Source: Candidatus Marinacidobacterium sp. (lineage in GTDB: Bacteria; Acidobacteriota; Vicinamibacteria; Marinacidobacterales; Marinacidobacteraceae). Taken from it: DNA of 64,000 bases. A program made the position numbers and the translations under genes. The notes below the pieces were generated by a model. It made no database searches and was not told where the DNA came from. It saw only the letters and a program-made list of their open reading frames with translations. Below, piece after piece: positions 9,540 to 19,535 of the stretch. Positions within the stretch are counted from its first letter, which is position 1, and the number at the start of each line of letters is the position of its first letter. The stretch covers positions 3,616,001 through 3,680,000 of the forward strand of contig OZ242011.1 in the NCBI GenBank assembly GCA_965204755.1, read 5' to 3'.

Positions 9540-10754
9540 TCACCGGCGGGCGCCGCCGAGGGAGCAGGAGAAGAGCGCCCGCTGGGCGGTCGTCCAGTCC
9601 CCGGAGCCGTCCGCGTGCTGGATGAGCATCCGGCCCTCGCGGTAACTGTCGAGGTCGAGGGTGAACTCCTTGCCGTTCGACTGGCGGCCGCCGTGGTCCC
9701 AGGACGCCGGGATCCCCGGATCGTGGAACCGGTAGGTCCCGGTGCGCCCGTAGGCGATCCGGTTCGACCACACATCCATGCCGGGGATCAGGTCGGCGAG
9801 CCGCCCGGCGGGGGTGCGCGGGAGCGTGGTCTCCATCTCCAGGATCCCCGGGATGACGGCGCGGCGGAAGACGGCGCCGGGGCGCTCGGAGGAGGTGATG
9901 ACCAGCGGGGCGCGGCGGAGGGCCCGGTACCGCTGGGGCGCCCCCGGCGCGAGGCTGCGGAAGATGCCGAGCACCGCCTGCTCCTGCGGTCGTGTCAGGC
10001 GCTCGTCCAGGTAGAGGGCGACCCAGTGTTCCGGGCCGAGGGTGACGAACTCGGCGCCCGAGAGGTCGGTGTCCCCGTAGGCGCCGGTCTCGATCCGGGT
10101 GGCGGTCGTCGCGTGGCAGGGCGGGTGCGAGGGCGGGGCGTTGCTGCGGCAGGGGCAGGGGGTGTCGCAGGGGCAGGCGGTGAAGGCGTGGCCGGAGATC
10201 CGCCAGTGGGGGAAGTCCGCGGCGGGACGGGCGTCTGCGGTTCGGGCATCTGCGGTTCGGGCGTCCGCCGGTCGGGCCGGCGTCCCCGAGCCGGGAGGAA
10301 GGCGCATTCCCTGGCCGCCGGCGGCGCGCAGCACGAACCGGACGCTCTCCGCGAAGCGGAGCGGGATCGGGCCGCTGTCCCGGATCGTGGGCTCGTAGGT
10401 CCAGCGGCGGGCGGCGGCGGCGGCCGCGGCGGCCAGGTCGTCCGCGCCGCGCAGGGGGCGGGCGGCGGCGACGCGGCCGGCGCGGTCGAGGGTGAGTTCG
10501 AGGATGACGATCCCCTCTTCGCCCCGGGCGCGGGCGGCCTCCGGGTAGGCCGGCGGCTCGAACCGGGTCCGCAGCGGACGCGCGACTTCGCCGCCGACGG
10601 GGACGATCTCCTCCTCGGCCGGGAGATCGGGGCCGGTGTTCCCGCCGCTCGCCGGCGCTTCCGCGGCGTCGACTGACGGGCGCCGGCCGCCGCCGTCCGG
10701 TCGGGGTTCCTCCGCGGGGCCGCAGGCGGGCGCGGCGAGCGCCGCGGCGAGCAG
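9540..10754 (-). CDS. TonB C-terminal domain fused to DUF1326-like Cys-rich domain; start codon uncertain
   Basis: Frame of ORF 9540..10334 stays open upstream: LLAAALAAPACGPAEE...EPPAYPEAARARGEEGIVILELTLDRAGRV...AARRWTYEPT (TonB_C), then WRISGHAFTACPCDTPCPC (DUF1326-like). No in-frame ATG/GTG/TTG upstream of 10334; the 5' coordinate given is a CTG. Confidence 0.7.
   Translation of the reverse strand: MLAAALAAPACGPAEEPRPDGGGRRPSVDAAEAPASGGNTGPDLPAEEEIVPVGGEVARPLRTRFEPPAYPEAARARGEEGIVILELTLDRAGRVAAARPLRGADDLAAAAAAAARRWTYEPTIRDSGPIPLRFAESVRFVLRAAGGQGMRLPPGSGTPARPADARTADARTADARPAADFPHWRISGHAFTACPCDTPCPCRSNAPPSHPPCHATTATRIETGAYGDTDLSGAEFVTLGPEHWVALYLDERLTRPQEQAVLGIFRSLAPGAPQRYRALRRAPLVITSSERPGAVFRRAVIPGILEMETTLPRTPAGRLADLIPGMDVWSNRIAYGRTGTYRFHDPGIPASWDHGGRQSNGKEFTLDLDSYREGRMLIQHADGSGDWTTAQRALFSCSLGGARR
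10228..10270 (-). repeat. 15-bp tandem repeat encoding an ADART linker (about 3 units)
   Basis: ADARTADARTADARP between the TonB_C and DUF1326-like domains. Confidence 0.7.
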
Positions 10755-10912
10755 CGCCGCCGCCGACGAGCCCCGGAGCGTCCCGGTCGCGCTCGCGGCG
10801 TACGCCGCCGCCGCCCGACGCCCGGCGGCATAATGCGGGAAGCGGCTGCGGCGGGGCCTCGCCCGGCTCCGCGGCGCGGACGCCGGAATCCGGTTCGAGC
10901 GAGTCTGCGACA

Positions 10913-12184
10913 GTGGAGAACGCGTCCGTCGAGCCAGCGACGGGGCGGCGGCGATTCTGCCTTATCCGCCCGGGGGAGAAGCGCCCGAACCGCCGCGCGC
11001 GGATCGGCGCCGGCGCGTTCTTGGGAGCGGCGGCGGCGACCGGTCTCGCCCCGACTCCCGCCCCGGCCCAACCGCCCCCGGAGGCGCAGGGCGCCCCGCC
11101 GGCGGAACTTCGGGAGGCCGCCGACGCGCTGCGGGCCGGGGAGTCCGAGCGCGCCGAGGCCGCCTTCCGGGCGTTCCTCGGCGGGCGGGAGGAGGATCCG
11201 GCGGCGCTCCAGCAGGCCGGGGCGCTCTGGCTGCTCGCCGGGGAACCGGCGCGGGCCATCCCCCTGCTCCGCGCCTCCGTGGCGGCGGATCCCGGTTTCG
11301 CGGACGCCCGGTTGGCCCTCGGGCAGGCGCTCGGCCAGACCGGCGACGCCGAGGGGGCGCTCGCCCAACTGGCGAAAGCGCGGGAGATCGCGCCCTCCCG
11401 CTACGAGGCCCCGTACCTGGCCGCCGCGGTCCTCGACCGGGCCGGCCGGCTCCCCGAGGCGGTGGAGGAGGCGCGGGCCGCCGCCGCGCTCGCTCCCCGC
11501 GATCCGCAGGTGCGGCGGTTCCTCGGGCGGTTCCTGCTGAGGATCGAGGCCTGGCCGGAAGCCGCGGCGGAACTCGAAGCGGCGCTTCGGCACGGGTTCC
11601 GGGACGATCCGGCCATCTTCGGCGAACTCGGCGCCGCGCTCCTCGGCCAGGAACGGCTCGACGCCGCCGAAGCCGCCTACGAACGACATCGCGCCTTCGC
11701 CCCGGACGACGCCGAAACCCACCTGCAACTCGGCTACATCGCCTGGCGCCGGGGGGAGGACGAACGGTCGGAGGAGTTGCTGCGAAGAGCCATCGCGGTC
11801 GACCCCGGCCTGCTGCGCGCCCACCACTTCCTCGGCCTCACCGCGCTCCGCCGGGACGACTTCGACGGCGCCGAAGCGGCGTTCCGCCTCGCGCTGGAAC
11901 GGGACGGCGGGTTCGCCGAAGCCTGGTTCCACCTCGGGAAGATCGCGCTCCGCCGGGGGAACCCGGAGGAAGCGGAGCGCCTGCTGGGAGAGGCCGTGGA
12001 GCGCGCCCCGGACTACGCCGAGGCTTACTATCAGTTGGCGTTCGCCCGGCGGCGGCTGGGAGACCGCGAGGGCGCCGACCGTTCGCTCGCCCGGTTCGAG
12101 GAACTCCGCCGCCGCGAGGCCCCCGCCCGTCCGGAAGACGAACCCCGTCAGCAGCCCGACCCCGTCAGGAGACGAGACCCATGA
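10913..12184 (+). CDS. Exported tetratricopeptide-repeat protein
   Basis: Repeated 34-aa TPR patterns (e.g. AEAWFHLGKIALRRGNPEEAERLL); signal-like N-terminus; stop overlaps the next ATG (ATGA). Confidence 0.88.
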   Translation: MENASVEPATGRRRFCLIRPGEKRPNRRARIGAGAFLGAAAATGLAPTPAPAQPPPEAQGAPPAELREAADALRAGESERAEAAFRAFLGGREEDPAALQQAGALWLLAGEPARAIPLLRASVAADPGFADARLALGQALGQTGDAEGALAQLAKAREIAPSRYEAPYLAAAVLDRAGRLPEAVEEARAAAALAPRDPQVRRFLGRFLLRIEAWPEAAAELEAALRHGFRDDPAIFGELGAALLGQERLDAAEAAYERHRAFAPDDAETHLQLGYIAWRRGEDERSEELLRRAIAVDPGLLRAHHFLGLTALRRDDFDGAEAAFRLALERDGGFAEAWFHLGKIALRRGNPEEAERLLGEAVERAPDYAEAYYQLAFARRRLGDREGADRSLARFEELRRREAPARPEDEPRQQPDPVRRRDP

Positions 12185-13203
12185 CCCCGAACCGATTCCC
12201 CCGCGCCGCCTTCGGCGGCTTCCTGCTCCTCGCTGTCGCGGCTGCGCCGGCCATCGCGCAGCCGCCGGCCCCGGAAGTCCACGAGCCGGTCGCCACCTTC
12301 TCCATCGTCGCCCGCGACCCGGCCACCGGGGAACTCGGCGTGGCCGTCCAGTCCAAGTACTTCTCGGTGGGGCATGTGGTGCCCTGGGCGGAAGCCGGAG
12401 TGGGCGTGATCGCCACGCAGGCGAATGTGAACGCCGGCTACGGGCTCAAGGGGCTCGACCTGCTCCGCGAAGGACTCGGCGCCGAAGAGGTCCGCGACCG
12501 GCTGCTCGCCGAGGACGAGTTCCCGAATGTGGAAGGGCGGCAGTTCGCGGTCATCGATGCCCGGGGCGGCATCGCCGTCCACACCGGCGAGACCGCGAAC
12601 TTCTGGGCCGGGCACCGGGTCGGCGACCACTACTCGGCGCAGGGGAACATCCTGACCGGGCCGGAAGTGGTCGAGGCCATGGGGGACGCCTTCGAGGCGG
12701 CGGAGGGCACGCTCGCCGAGAAGATGCAGGCGGCGATGATGGCCGGCCAGGAGGCCGGGGGCGACAGCCGGGGCCGGCAGTCCGCGGCGATGCTGGTGGT
12801 CGGGAAGGGGATGGGCCGCAACATCAACAACGATGTGGTGGCCCGGCTGCAGGTGGAAGACCACCCGACGCCCATCGTGGAACTCGGACGGGTGCTGGAC
12901 ATCAACCTGGCGCTCTCCGCGATGTCCCGGAGCCGGGAGCGGATGCAGGCCGGCGACTCGGCGGCGGCGCTCGCCGAGGCGGAGCGCGCGGCGGAACTCT
13001 GGCCGGCGGCTTCGGATTCCTGGCTCAACCTGGGGCTCCTGCGGTACTCGGCGGGCGACCGGGACGGGGCGCTCGAGTCGCTGGAGAAGGCGGCGTCCAT
13101 GAACGACCTGTTCCGGGGGCAACTGGAGTCCACGCTGGGGTGGACGAACCATCCGGGGCTCGACGACGAGTTCCTGGCCGCGCTCTTCCCGGAGGGCTCC
13201 TGA
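12181..13203 (+). CDS. DUF1028 (Ntn-hydrolase-like) protein with C-terminal TPR
   Basis: TFSIVARDPATGELGVAVQS, QGNIL, AGGDSRGRQSAA; signal peptide; TPR tail. Confidence 0.9.
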   Translation: MTPNRFPRAAFGGFLLLAVAAAPAIAQPPAPEVHEPVATFSIVARDPATGELGVAVQSKYFSVGHVVPWAEAGVGVIATQANVNAGYGLKGLDLLREGLGAEEVRDRLLAEDEFPNVEGRQFAVIDARGGIAVHTGETANFWAGHRVGDHYSAQGNILTGPEVVEAMGDAFEAAEGTLAEKMQAAMMAGQEAGGDSRGRQSAAMLVVGKGMGRNINNDVVARLQVEDHPTPIVELGRVLDINLALSAMSRSRERMQAGDSAAALAEAERAAELWPAASDSWLNLGLLRYSAGDRDGALESLEKAASMNDLFRGQLESTLGWTNHPGLDDEFLAALFPEGS

Positions 13204-14186
13204 CGGAGAGGGCCGCGCCGGCGCCGCCGCGCCGAAGGCCGGCGGGGGGCGGCGCCGCGCTGCTCGTCCTCGCCCTCCTCGGCGTCGCGGCCCCGACGCC
13301 GGCCCCGGCGCAGGACGCCGAGGAGTTGCTGCGGGCCGGGCGGCGCTGGCTGGACGCCGGGAACGCCGAGGCCGCGCTTCGCTCGTTCCGGCGGCTGGCG
13401 GAAGTCCGGCCGGACTCGCGTTCCCACTACTACCTGGGCGTCGCCTACCTCCAGGCGGAGCGTCCGGCGGACGCCGTGGCCGCCCTGAGACGAGCCGAGG
13501 CGCTCGCCCCCGCGCCGAACCGGGCGCTCTCGCTCTCGCTCGGGACGGCGCTCCTGCGGGCGGACGACCCGGAGGCGGCGGTCTCCGTGCTGGGCGCGGC
13601 GGCGCGCCGCCATCCGGGCGAAGTCGAGTTGCTGCTCCAACTGGGACATGCGCACTACCGGCGCCTTGACGCGGAGCGGGCGCGCGAAGCGCTCCTGGCC
13701 GCCCGCGGCGCCGACCCGGGGAATCCCCGGGCGCACTTCCACCTGGGGCTCGCGGAGTCGGCGCTCGGCGACCTGGCGGCGGCCGAGGCGTCGTTCCGCG
13801 AGGCGGCGCGGCTCGCCCCGGGTGACCCCGAGGCGCGGGTGGCTCTCGGCCGGACGCTCGCCCGGCTGGGGAGGGCCGGGGAGTCCCGGAGCGCCTACGA
13901 GGCGGCGCTCCGCGTCTGGCCCGGTTCGGCGGCGGCGCTGACCGGGCTGGGGATGCTCGACCTGGCGGCCGGGGACGCCGAAGGCGCCGCCGAGCGGTTC
14001 CGGGCGGCGCTCGCCTCCGAGCCGGAGCATCGGCAGGCGCTCTACAACCTGGGCGCGGCGCTTCGGCGGCTGGGGCGGTTGGCCGAAGCGGAAGAGGCGC
14101 AGCGGCGGTTCGACGCCACCGAGCCGGTGGGCCCGGCGTCGGCGAGCCGCTCCCGGGCCCGGCCGGACGCCGTCCGGCGCCGCTGA
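13140..14186 (+). CDS. Exported TPR protein (true start probably near 13200)
   Basis: Multiple TPR units; hydrophobic ALLVLALLGVAA signal; an in-frame CTG at 13200 overlaps the upstream TGA. Confidence 0.82.
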   Translation: MDEPSGARRRVPGRALPGGLLTERAAPAPPRRRPAGGGAALLVLALLGVAAPTPAPAQDAEELLRAGRRWLDAGNAEAALRSFRRLAEVRPDSRSHYYLGVAYLQAERPADAVAALRRAEALAPAPNRALSLSLGTALLRADDPEAAVSVLGAAARRHPGEVELLLQLGHAHYRRLDAERAREALLAARGADPGNPRAHFHLGLAESALGDLAAAEASFREAARLAPGDPEARVALGRTLARLGRAGESRSAYEAALRVWPGSAAALTGLGMLDLAAGDAEGAAERFRAALASEPEHRQALYNLGAALRRLGRLAEAEEAQRRFDATEPVGPASASRSRARPDAVRRR

Positions 14187-14193
14187 CCGGGGG

Positions 14194-15903
14194 GTGTTCC
14201 CGGCCGCCGTGGGGCTCGCGGCGCTGGCGCTGCCGCCCCCGAACGCCGCCGGCCCGGCCGGGGGCGCCGAGGGATTCGTCTTCGCGGACCGCACCGCCGA
14301 GGCGGGGATCCGCTTCCACCACGAGGACGGCGGCAGCGGGCGCCGGTATGTGGTGGAGATCGTGGGCGGCGGCGCCCTGGTGTTCGACTACGACGAGGAC
14401 GGTTGGCCCGACCTGTTCTTCGTGAACGGGCGCCCCCTCCCCGGCGATCCGGGAGGCGCCACCGCCGGGCACCGCCTCTACCGCAACCGGGGAGACGGGA
14501 CCTTCGAGGACCGCACCCGGGAGGCCGGGCTGCTCGACGAGCCGGAAGCCGCGACCTACGGCATGGGCGGCGTCGCCGGCGACCTGGACGGCGACGGCGA
14601 CGCCGACCTGCTCCTCACGCACTTCGGGGCCGAGCGGCGGTTCGAGAACCGGGGGGACGGCACCTTCCGGGAAGTCCCGGACGCCGGCGGGGCGAGCGAC
14701 CCCCGGTGGACGACCAGCGCCGCCCTGCTCGACGCCGAGGGGGACGGCGACCTCGACATCTACGCGGCGAACTACCTCGACTACTCGCTCGACCGCCACC
14801 GGGACTGCGTGAGCCCGGCGCGCGGCCTGCCGGCGTACTGCCATCCCCAGGAATACCCCGGCGCGGCGGACTCGTTCTTCGAGAACCGGGGCGACGGCCG
14901 GTTCCGGGCCGTCGCGGTTCCGGGGACGGGGGAGGGGAAGGGGCTCGGCGTGGCGGTCACCGACCTGGAGGCGGACGGGGCGCCGGAGATCTATGTGGCG
15001 AACGACACCACGCCCAACTTCCTGCTCCGGGTGGAGGCCGATGGCGGCGGTGTCCGCTTCCGGGAAGCCGGCTTCGCCTCGGGGGTGGCCTACAACGAGG
15101 AGGGGCTCCCGGAGGCCGGGATGGGGGCGGACTGGGGCGACCCGGACGGCGACGGCCGGATGGACCTGATCGTGACCAACTTCGACTTCGAGACGAACAC
15201 GCTCTACCGGAACCTCGGGGACGGGCTCTTCCTCGACGCCACCGCGGCGTTCGGGCTCGGCGGCGAGAGCCTCACCGAGTTGGCGTTCGGCTGCGACTTC
15301 GCGGATTTCGACAACGACGGCTGGCCGGACCTGGCGGTGGCCAACGGCCACATCCTGGACAACATCGCGGAGATCCAGTCGAACCTGACCTTCGCCCAGC
15401 CCGGGCAGGTCTTCCGGAACGAAGCCGGCCGCTTCCGGCGCGCGGCGGAGAGCGAGGGCGCCTTCGCGGTTCCCCGGGTGCGCCGGGCGCTGGCGTCGCT
15501 CGACTACGACCGGGACGGCGACCTCGACCTGGCGCTCGCCTCGAACCGGGGGCCGGCGGAGTTGCTGGCGAACGAGGGGGGCGCGGCGCTGGGCGGCGCC
15601 TTCGGCCTGCGCCTGGTGGGCGTTCGGACGAACCGGGACGGGGTCGGGGCGGTGGTCACCCGCCGGGACGGGGAGCGGATTCGGCGGGAGGAGCGGCAGG
15701 CCGGGGCGAGTTTCCTCTCCCAGCACGACCCGGTGGTCTGGTTCGGGGTCGGGGAGGCCGCCGACTCCGGGGAAGTCGTCGTGCGCTGGCCTTCCGGGGT
15801 CTCCGAGACCTTCTCCGGACTCGCCGCCGGGTGGATCCATGTCCTGAAGGAGGGGCGGGGCGCGGTCGGGCGGCAGCCGCTCGGCGCGGGGCCGCCGCGG
15901 TGA
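14194..15903 (+). CDS. CRTAC1-family protein (FG-GAP repeats plus ASPIC/UnbV domain)
   Basis: Repeated DxDxDGxxDL motifs, AGMG, GASFLSQ...WFGVG...VRWPSG. Confidence 0.92.
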   Translation: MFPAAVGLAALALPPPNAAGPAGGAEGFVFADRTAEAGIRFHHEDGGSGRRYVVEIVGGGALVFDYDEDGWPDLFFVNGRPLPGDPGGATAGHRLYRNRGDGTFEDRTREAGLLDEPEAATYGMGGVAGDLDGDGDADLLLTHFGAERRFENRGDGTFREVPDAGGASDPRWTTSAALLDAEGDGDLDIYAANYLDYSLDRHRDCVSPARGLPAYCHPQEYPGAADSFFENRGDGRFRAVAVPGTGEGKGLGVAVTDLEADGAPEIYVANDTTPNFLLRVEADGGGVRFREAGFASGVAYNEEGLPEAGMGADWGDPDGDGRMDLIVTNFDFETNTLYRNLGDGLFLDATAAFGLGGESLTELAFGCDFADFDNDGWPDLAVANGHILDNIAEIQSNLTFAQPGQVFRNEAGRFRRAAESEGAFAVPRVRRALASLDYDRDGDLDLALASNRGPAELLANEGGAALGGAFGLRLVGVRTNRDGVGAVVTRRDGERIRREERQAGASFLSQHDPVVWFGVGEAADSGEVVVRWPSGVSETFSGLAAGWIHVLKEGRGAVGRQPLGAGPPR

Positions 15904-17621
15904 GGTTCCGGTCGGCGCTCGCGCTGGGCCTCTTCGCGGCGGCGTCCCCGGCGGCGTCCTCGGCGGCGGGGCAGGCAGTGGCGGAGCGATCGAGGGAGGC
16001 CCCGGTGGAGATGCGGTTCACGGAGGCGACAGCGTCCGCCGGGATCCGGTTCGTGAACATGTACGGCGGCGTCCGGGCCAAGCGGTACATCCTGGAGACC
16101 ACCGGCACCGGCGCGGCGTTTTTCGACTACGACGAGGACGGGGCGCTCGACCTGTTCCTGCCGAACGGGACGCGGCTCGGCTACGGGGACGCGGAAAGCC
16201 TCTCCGCCGCGCTCTTCCGGGGGGACGGACGGGGCGGGTTCGTGGAGGTGACCGGGCCGGCCGGGCTCGAGGCCTACGGCTGGGCGCAGGGGGCGGCGGT
16301 GACCGACCACGAGAACGACGGCGACCTCGACCTGTTCGTCACCTACTACGGCCGGAACCGCTTCTACCGGAACCGGGGGGACGGCACCTTCGAGGAAGCC
16401 GCCGCCGAAGTCGGGCTCGACGATCCGGCCTGGGGCGCCGGCGCGGCGTTCGCCGACCTGGATCGGGACGGCGCCGCGGACCTGGTGGTCGTGAACTATG
16501 TGGACTTCGACCCGGAGGAGACTCCGGGGCCCGGTGAAGCGCCGACCTGCTTCTTCCAGGGGCTCCCGGTGATGTGCGGGCCGAAGGGGCTCCCCCCGGC
16601 GCCGGCGCTGCTCTACCGGGCGCGCGCCGACGGGACCTACGAGCGGGTGGAAGACGCCGGGGTCGGCGAGGAGCGGTTCTTCGGCTTGGGGGTGGTGGTC
16701 GGGGACCTCGACGGGGACGGCGACCTCGACATCTACACCGCGAACGACCAGACCCCGAACAACCTCTACCGGAACGACTCCGGCCCGGAGGGGCTGCGGT
16801 TCACCGACATCGGGCTCCCCGCCGGCGTGGCCTACAACGAGGACGGGCGGGCGCAGGCCGGGATGGGGGTGGACCTCGGGGACTACGACGAGGACGGCGA
16901 CCTGGACATCTTCGTGACCCACTTCTCCCACGACTACAACACGCTCTACCGGAACGCCGGCCCGGAGTTCTTCCTCGACGAGTCCTACGCGGCGGGCGTC
17001 GCCGAGGGGAGTTGGCCCTACCTGGGCTGGGGGGGCGGCTTCGCCGACTTCGACCGGGACGGGCGGCTCGACCTGCTCACCGTGAACGGCCATGTCTATC
17101 CCGAAGTCGAAGGGGGCGTCACCGAGAGCGACTACGCCCAGCCGATCCTGCTGTTCCGGAACCGGGGCGGCGGATCGTTCTCCGAAGTCCGGCCGCCGGC
17201 GTTCTCCGTCCCCCGGGTGTACCGGGGCGCGGCCTTCGGCGACTACGACGGGGACGGCGACCCCGATGTGCTGGCCACGGTGATGAACGGGCCGCCGGCG
17301 CTCTTCCGCAACGACGCCGAGCCGGCGGTCTCCGGGAACTGGGTCGGCTTCCGGCTGGTGGGCCGGACGAGTCCCCGCGACGGCGTGGGGGCGCGGGTGG
17401 TTGCGGAGGCGGGCGGCCGCTCGCTGCTGCGGGAGTCGCGGAGCGGGTCGAGTTACCTGTCCGCCGGCGACTCCCGGGTGCTGTTCGGTTGGGGCGCCGC
17501 CCCGGTGGAGTCGGTGAGCGTCCGGGTCCGCTGGACTTCCGGCGTCACGCAGACCGTCGAGGTCGCGCCCGGCGGGTACCGGTTGCTCGTGGAGCCCGCG
17601 CCGGACGCCGGCGCCCGCTGA
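15900..17621 (+). CDS. Second CRTAC1-family protein
   Basis: GTG 15900 overlaps the previous stop; DYDEDGALDL, QAGMGVD, GSSYLS...FGWG...VRWTSG. Confidence 0.92.
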   Translation: MRFRSALALGLFAAASPAASSAAGQAVAERSREAPVEMRFTEATASAGIRFVNMYGGVRAKRYILETTGTGAAFFDYDEDGALDLFLPNGTRLGYGDAESLSAALFRGDGRGGFVEVTGPAGLEAYGWAQGAAVTDHENDGDLDLFVTYYGRNRFYRNRGDGTFEEAAAEVGLDDPAWGAGAAFADLDRDGAADLVVVNYVDFDPEETPGPGEAPTCFFQGLPVMCGPKGLPPAPALLYRARADGTYERVEDAGVGEERFFGLGVVVGDLDGDGDLDIYTANDQTPNNLYRNDSGPEGLRFTDIGLPAGVAYNEDGRAQAGMGVDLGDYDEDGDLDIFVTHFSHDYNTLYRNAGPEFFLDESYAAGVAEGSWPYLGWGGGFADFDRDGRLDLLTVNGHVYPEVEGGVTESDYAQPILLFRNRGGGSFSEVRPPAFSVPRVYRGAAFGDYDGDGDPDVLATVMNGPPALFRNDAEPAVSGNWVGFRLVGRTSPRDGVGARVVAEAGGRSLLRESRSGSSYLSAGDSRVLFGWGAAPVESVSVRVRWTSGVTQTVEVAPGGYRLLVEPAPDAGAR

Positions 17622-17624
17622 CCC

Positions 17625-17646
17625 GCCCGGCTTCGTTCGGCCGGGC
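17625..17646. terminator. Hairpin between convergent CRTAC1 and modC genes
   Basis: GCCCGGC-8 nt-GCCGGGC; no U-tract. Confidence 0.35.
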
Positions 17647-17663
17647 CGGGGCGCCGGGCCGGG

Positions 17664-18785
17664 TCAGTCCATTTCGAGCGAAGCCCCGCGGAGCAGGGCG
17701 AAGACCGGGGTTCCCGGCTCGAGGGACAACTCGGCGGCGGCGTCGTCGGTGATCCGGGACTCGAGCCGGGCTTCGCCGACCTCGACGGAGACTTCGGTGA
17801 AGGGGCCGGCCGGGTCGGAGCGGACGGCGGCGACCCGGCCGGAGAGGATGTTGCGCACGCTGATCGCCTCGGGGCGTTTCCGGGCCAGCGCGACCTCGCG
17901 GGCCGGCACGCGGAGTCGCGCGCTCTCCCCTTTGCGGGGCGCGGGGGAGGGCGCCGGAACGAGGAGCCGCTGACCGGCGAGGTCGAGTTCTAGGAGTCCG
18001 CTCCGCCGCCGGTCCGTCGAGACCACCCGCGCGACGAGAGTGGCGGCGCGTCCGCCGCCGAGCGCGGCGCTCTCGTCTTCCAGCCGGGCGAGCATCGCCG
18101 CTGCCGGGCCCCCGGCCTCGATCCGGCCGCGCCGGAGCAGCAGCAGCCGGTCCGCCAGCCGGACGACCTCGCTCGGGTCGTGGCTCACATGGAGCACGCA
18201 CAGCCCCCGTTCCCGCGCCAGCGACCGGACGAAGGGGAGCAGCCGGGCGCGGGCCGGCCGGTCGAGCGCCGAGAAGGGCTCGTCGAGCAGGAGGACCGAC
18301 GGCGCCGTGAGCACCGCCCGCCCGAAGGCGACGCGCTGGCGCTCCCCGCCGGAGAGGTTTCGCGGGGCGCGGTCGAGGAGGGGGCCGAGCGCCAGGGACT
18401 CGACCAAGTCGTCGAAGCGGAAGAGGCCGCGGCTGTCCGGGTCGGCGCGGCGCGCGGCGTAGTCCAGGTTCCCGGCGACCGAGAGGTGCGGGAAGAGCGC
18501 CGGCTGCTGGAAGACGAACCCGACCGGCCGCCGGTGCGCCGGGAGGAACCGGCGCGAGCCGTCGTCCTGCCAGACGGACTCGCCGAAGCGGACCGCGCCG
18601 CCGAGGCGGGTGAGGCCGGAGACGGCGCGGAGGAGGGTGGTCTTCCCGCTCCCCGACGGGCCGAAGACGCTGGTGATCTCGCCGGCCGGCACGTCCAGGT
18701 CGGCGTCCAGCGAGAAGGCCCCGAGGGTCCCGTCGAGCCGGGCTTCGAGGCCGGCGCCGTCGGGAGCGACGGGTTCCGGGCTCAT
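17664..18785 (-). CDS. modC: Molybdate ABC transporter ATP-binding protein
   Basis: GPSGSGKTT, LSGGERQR, LLLDEPF, C-terminal TOBE-type SVRNILSG. Confidence 0.95.
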   Translation of the reverse strand: MSPEPVAPDGAGLEARLDGTLGAFSLDADLDVPAGEITSVFGPSGSGKTTLLRAVSGLTRLGGAVRFGESVWQDDGSRRFLPAHRRPVGFVFQQPALFPHLSVAGNLDYAARRADPDSRGLFRFDDLVESLALGPLLDRAPRNLSGGERQRVAFGRAVLTAPSVLLLDEPFSALDRPARARLLPFVRSLARERGLCVLHVSHDPSEVVRLADRLLLLRRGRIEAGGPAAAMLARLEDESAALGGGRAATLVARVVSTDRRRSGLLELDLAGQRLLVPAPSPAPRKGESARLRVPAREVALARKRPEAISVRNILSGRVAAVRSDPAGPFTEVSVEVGEARLESRITDDAAAELSLEPGTPVFALLRGASLEMD

Positions 18786-18803
18786 GTCAGGGGATGTCCC
18801 GGC

Positions 18804-19484
18804 TCATGTTCGGGCGGCGCGCATCCGGCGTTCGATCTTCATCGTGGCGAAGACCACCGCGAAGGCGAAGAGCAGGAGCCCGGCGGAGAGCAGGTGCGCC
18901 GTTCCCCAGTCCATGACTTCCACCCGGTCGTAGATGGCGATGGAGAGGACGCGGGTCGCGCCGGGGATGTTGCCGCCGATCATGAGCACCACCCCGAACT
19001 CGCCGACGGTGTGGGCGAAGCCGAGCACCGCGCCGGCGATGAGCCCCGGGCGCGCGAGCGGCAGGGCGACGGTGCGGAAGGCGTCGAAGGGCGAGGCGCG
19101 GAGGGTGGCCGCGGCTTCGAGCGGGCGGTCGCCGACCGCCTCGAAGGCCGCGCGGATCGGCTGGACGACGAAGGGCAGGGAATAGACGATCGAGCCGACC
19201 ACCAGCCCGCCGAAGGAGAAGGCGAGCGACCGCCCGCCGAAGAGCCGGGCGACCGCGCCGCCGGGGCCGTCGGGGCCGAGCGCGATGAGCAGGTAGAACC
19301 CGAGCACCGTGGGCGGCAGCACCAGGGGCAGCGCGACGACCGCGGCGACGGCTTCCCGCGCCCGGGACCGGGTGCGGGCGAGCCACCAGGCGAGGGGGGT
19401 GCCGATCAGCAGCAGCGCCGCGGTGCTCGTCGCCGCGAGGCGCAGCGTGAGCAGCACCGGGGCGGCGATCGCCGAGCCGTCCAT
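18804..19484 (-). CDS. modB: Molybdate ABC transporter permease
   Basis: [41 protein letters not shown]. Confidence 0.95.
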   Translation of the reverse strand: MDGSAIAAPVLLTLRLAATSTAALLLIGTPLAWWLARTRSRAREAVAAVVALPLVLPPTVLGFYLLIALGPDGPGGAVARLFGGRSLAFSFGGLVVGSIVYSLPFVVQPIRAAFEAVGDRPLEAAATLRASPFDAFRTVALPLARPGLIAGAVLGFAHTVGEFGVVLMIGGNIPGATRVLSIAIYDRVEVMDWGTAHLLSAGLLLFAFAVVFATMKIERRMRAART

Positions 19485-19535
19485 TTCGTCGGGGTGGCGT
19501 CGGGACTCGGGATGGGAGGCGGCCGCCGGCCCGCC

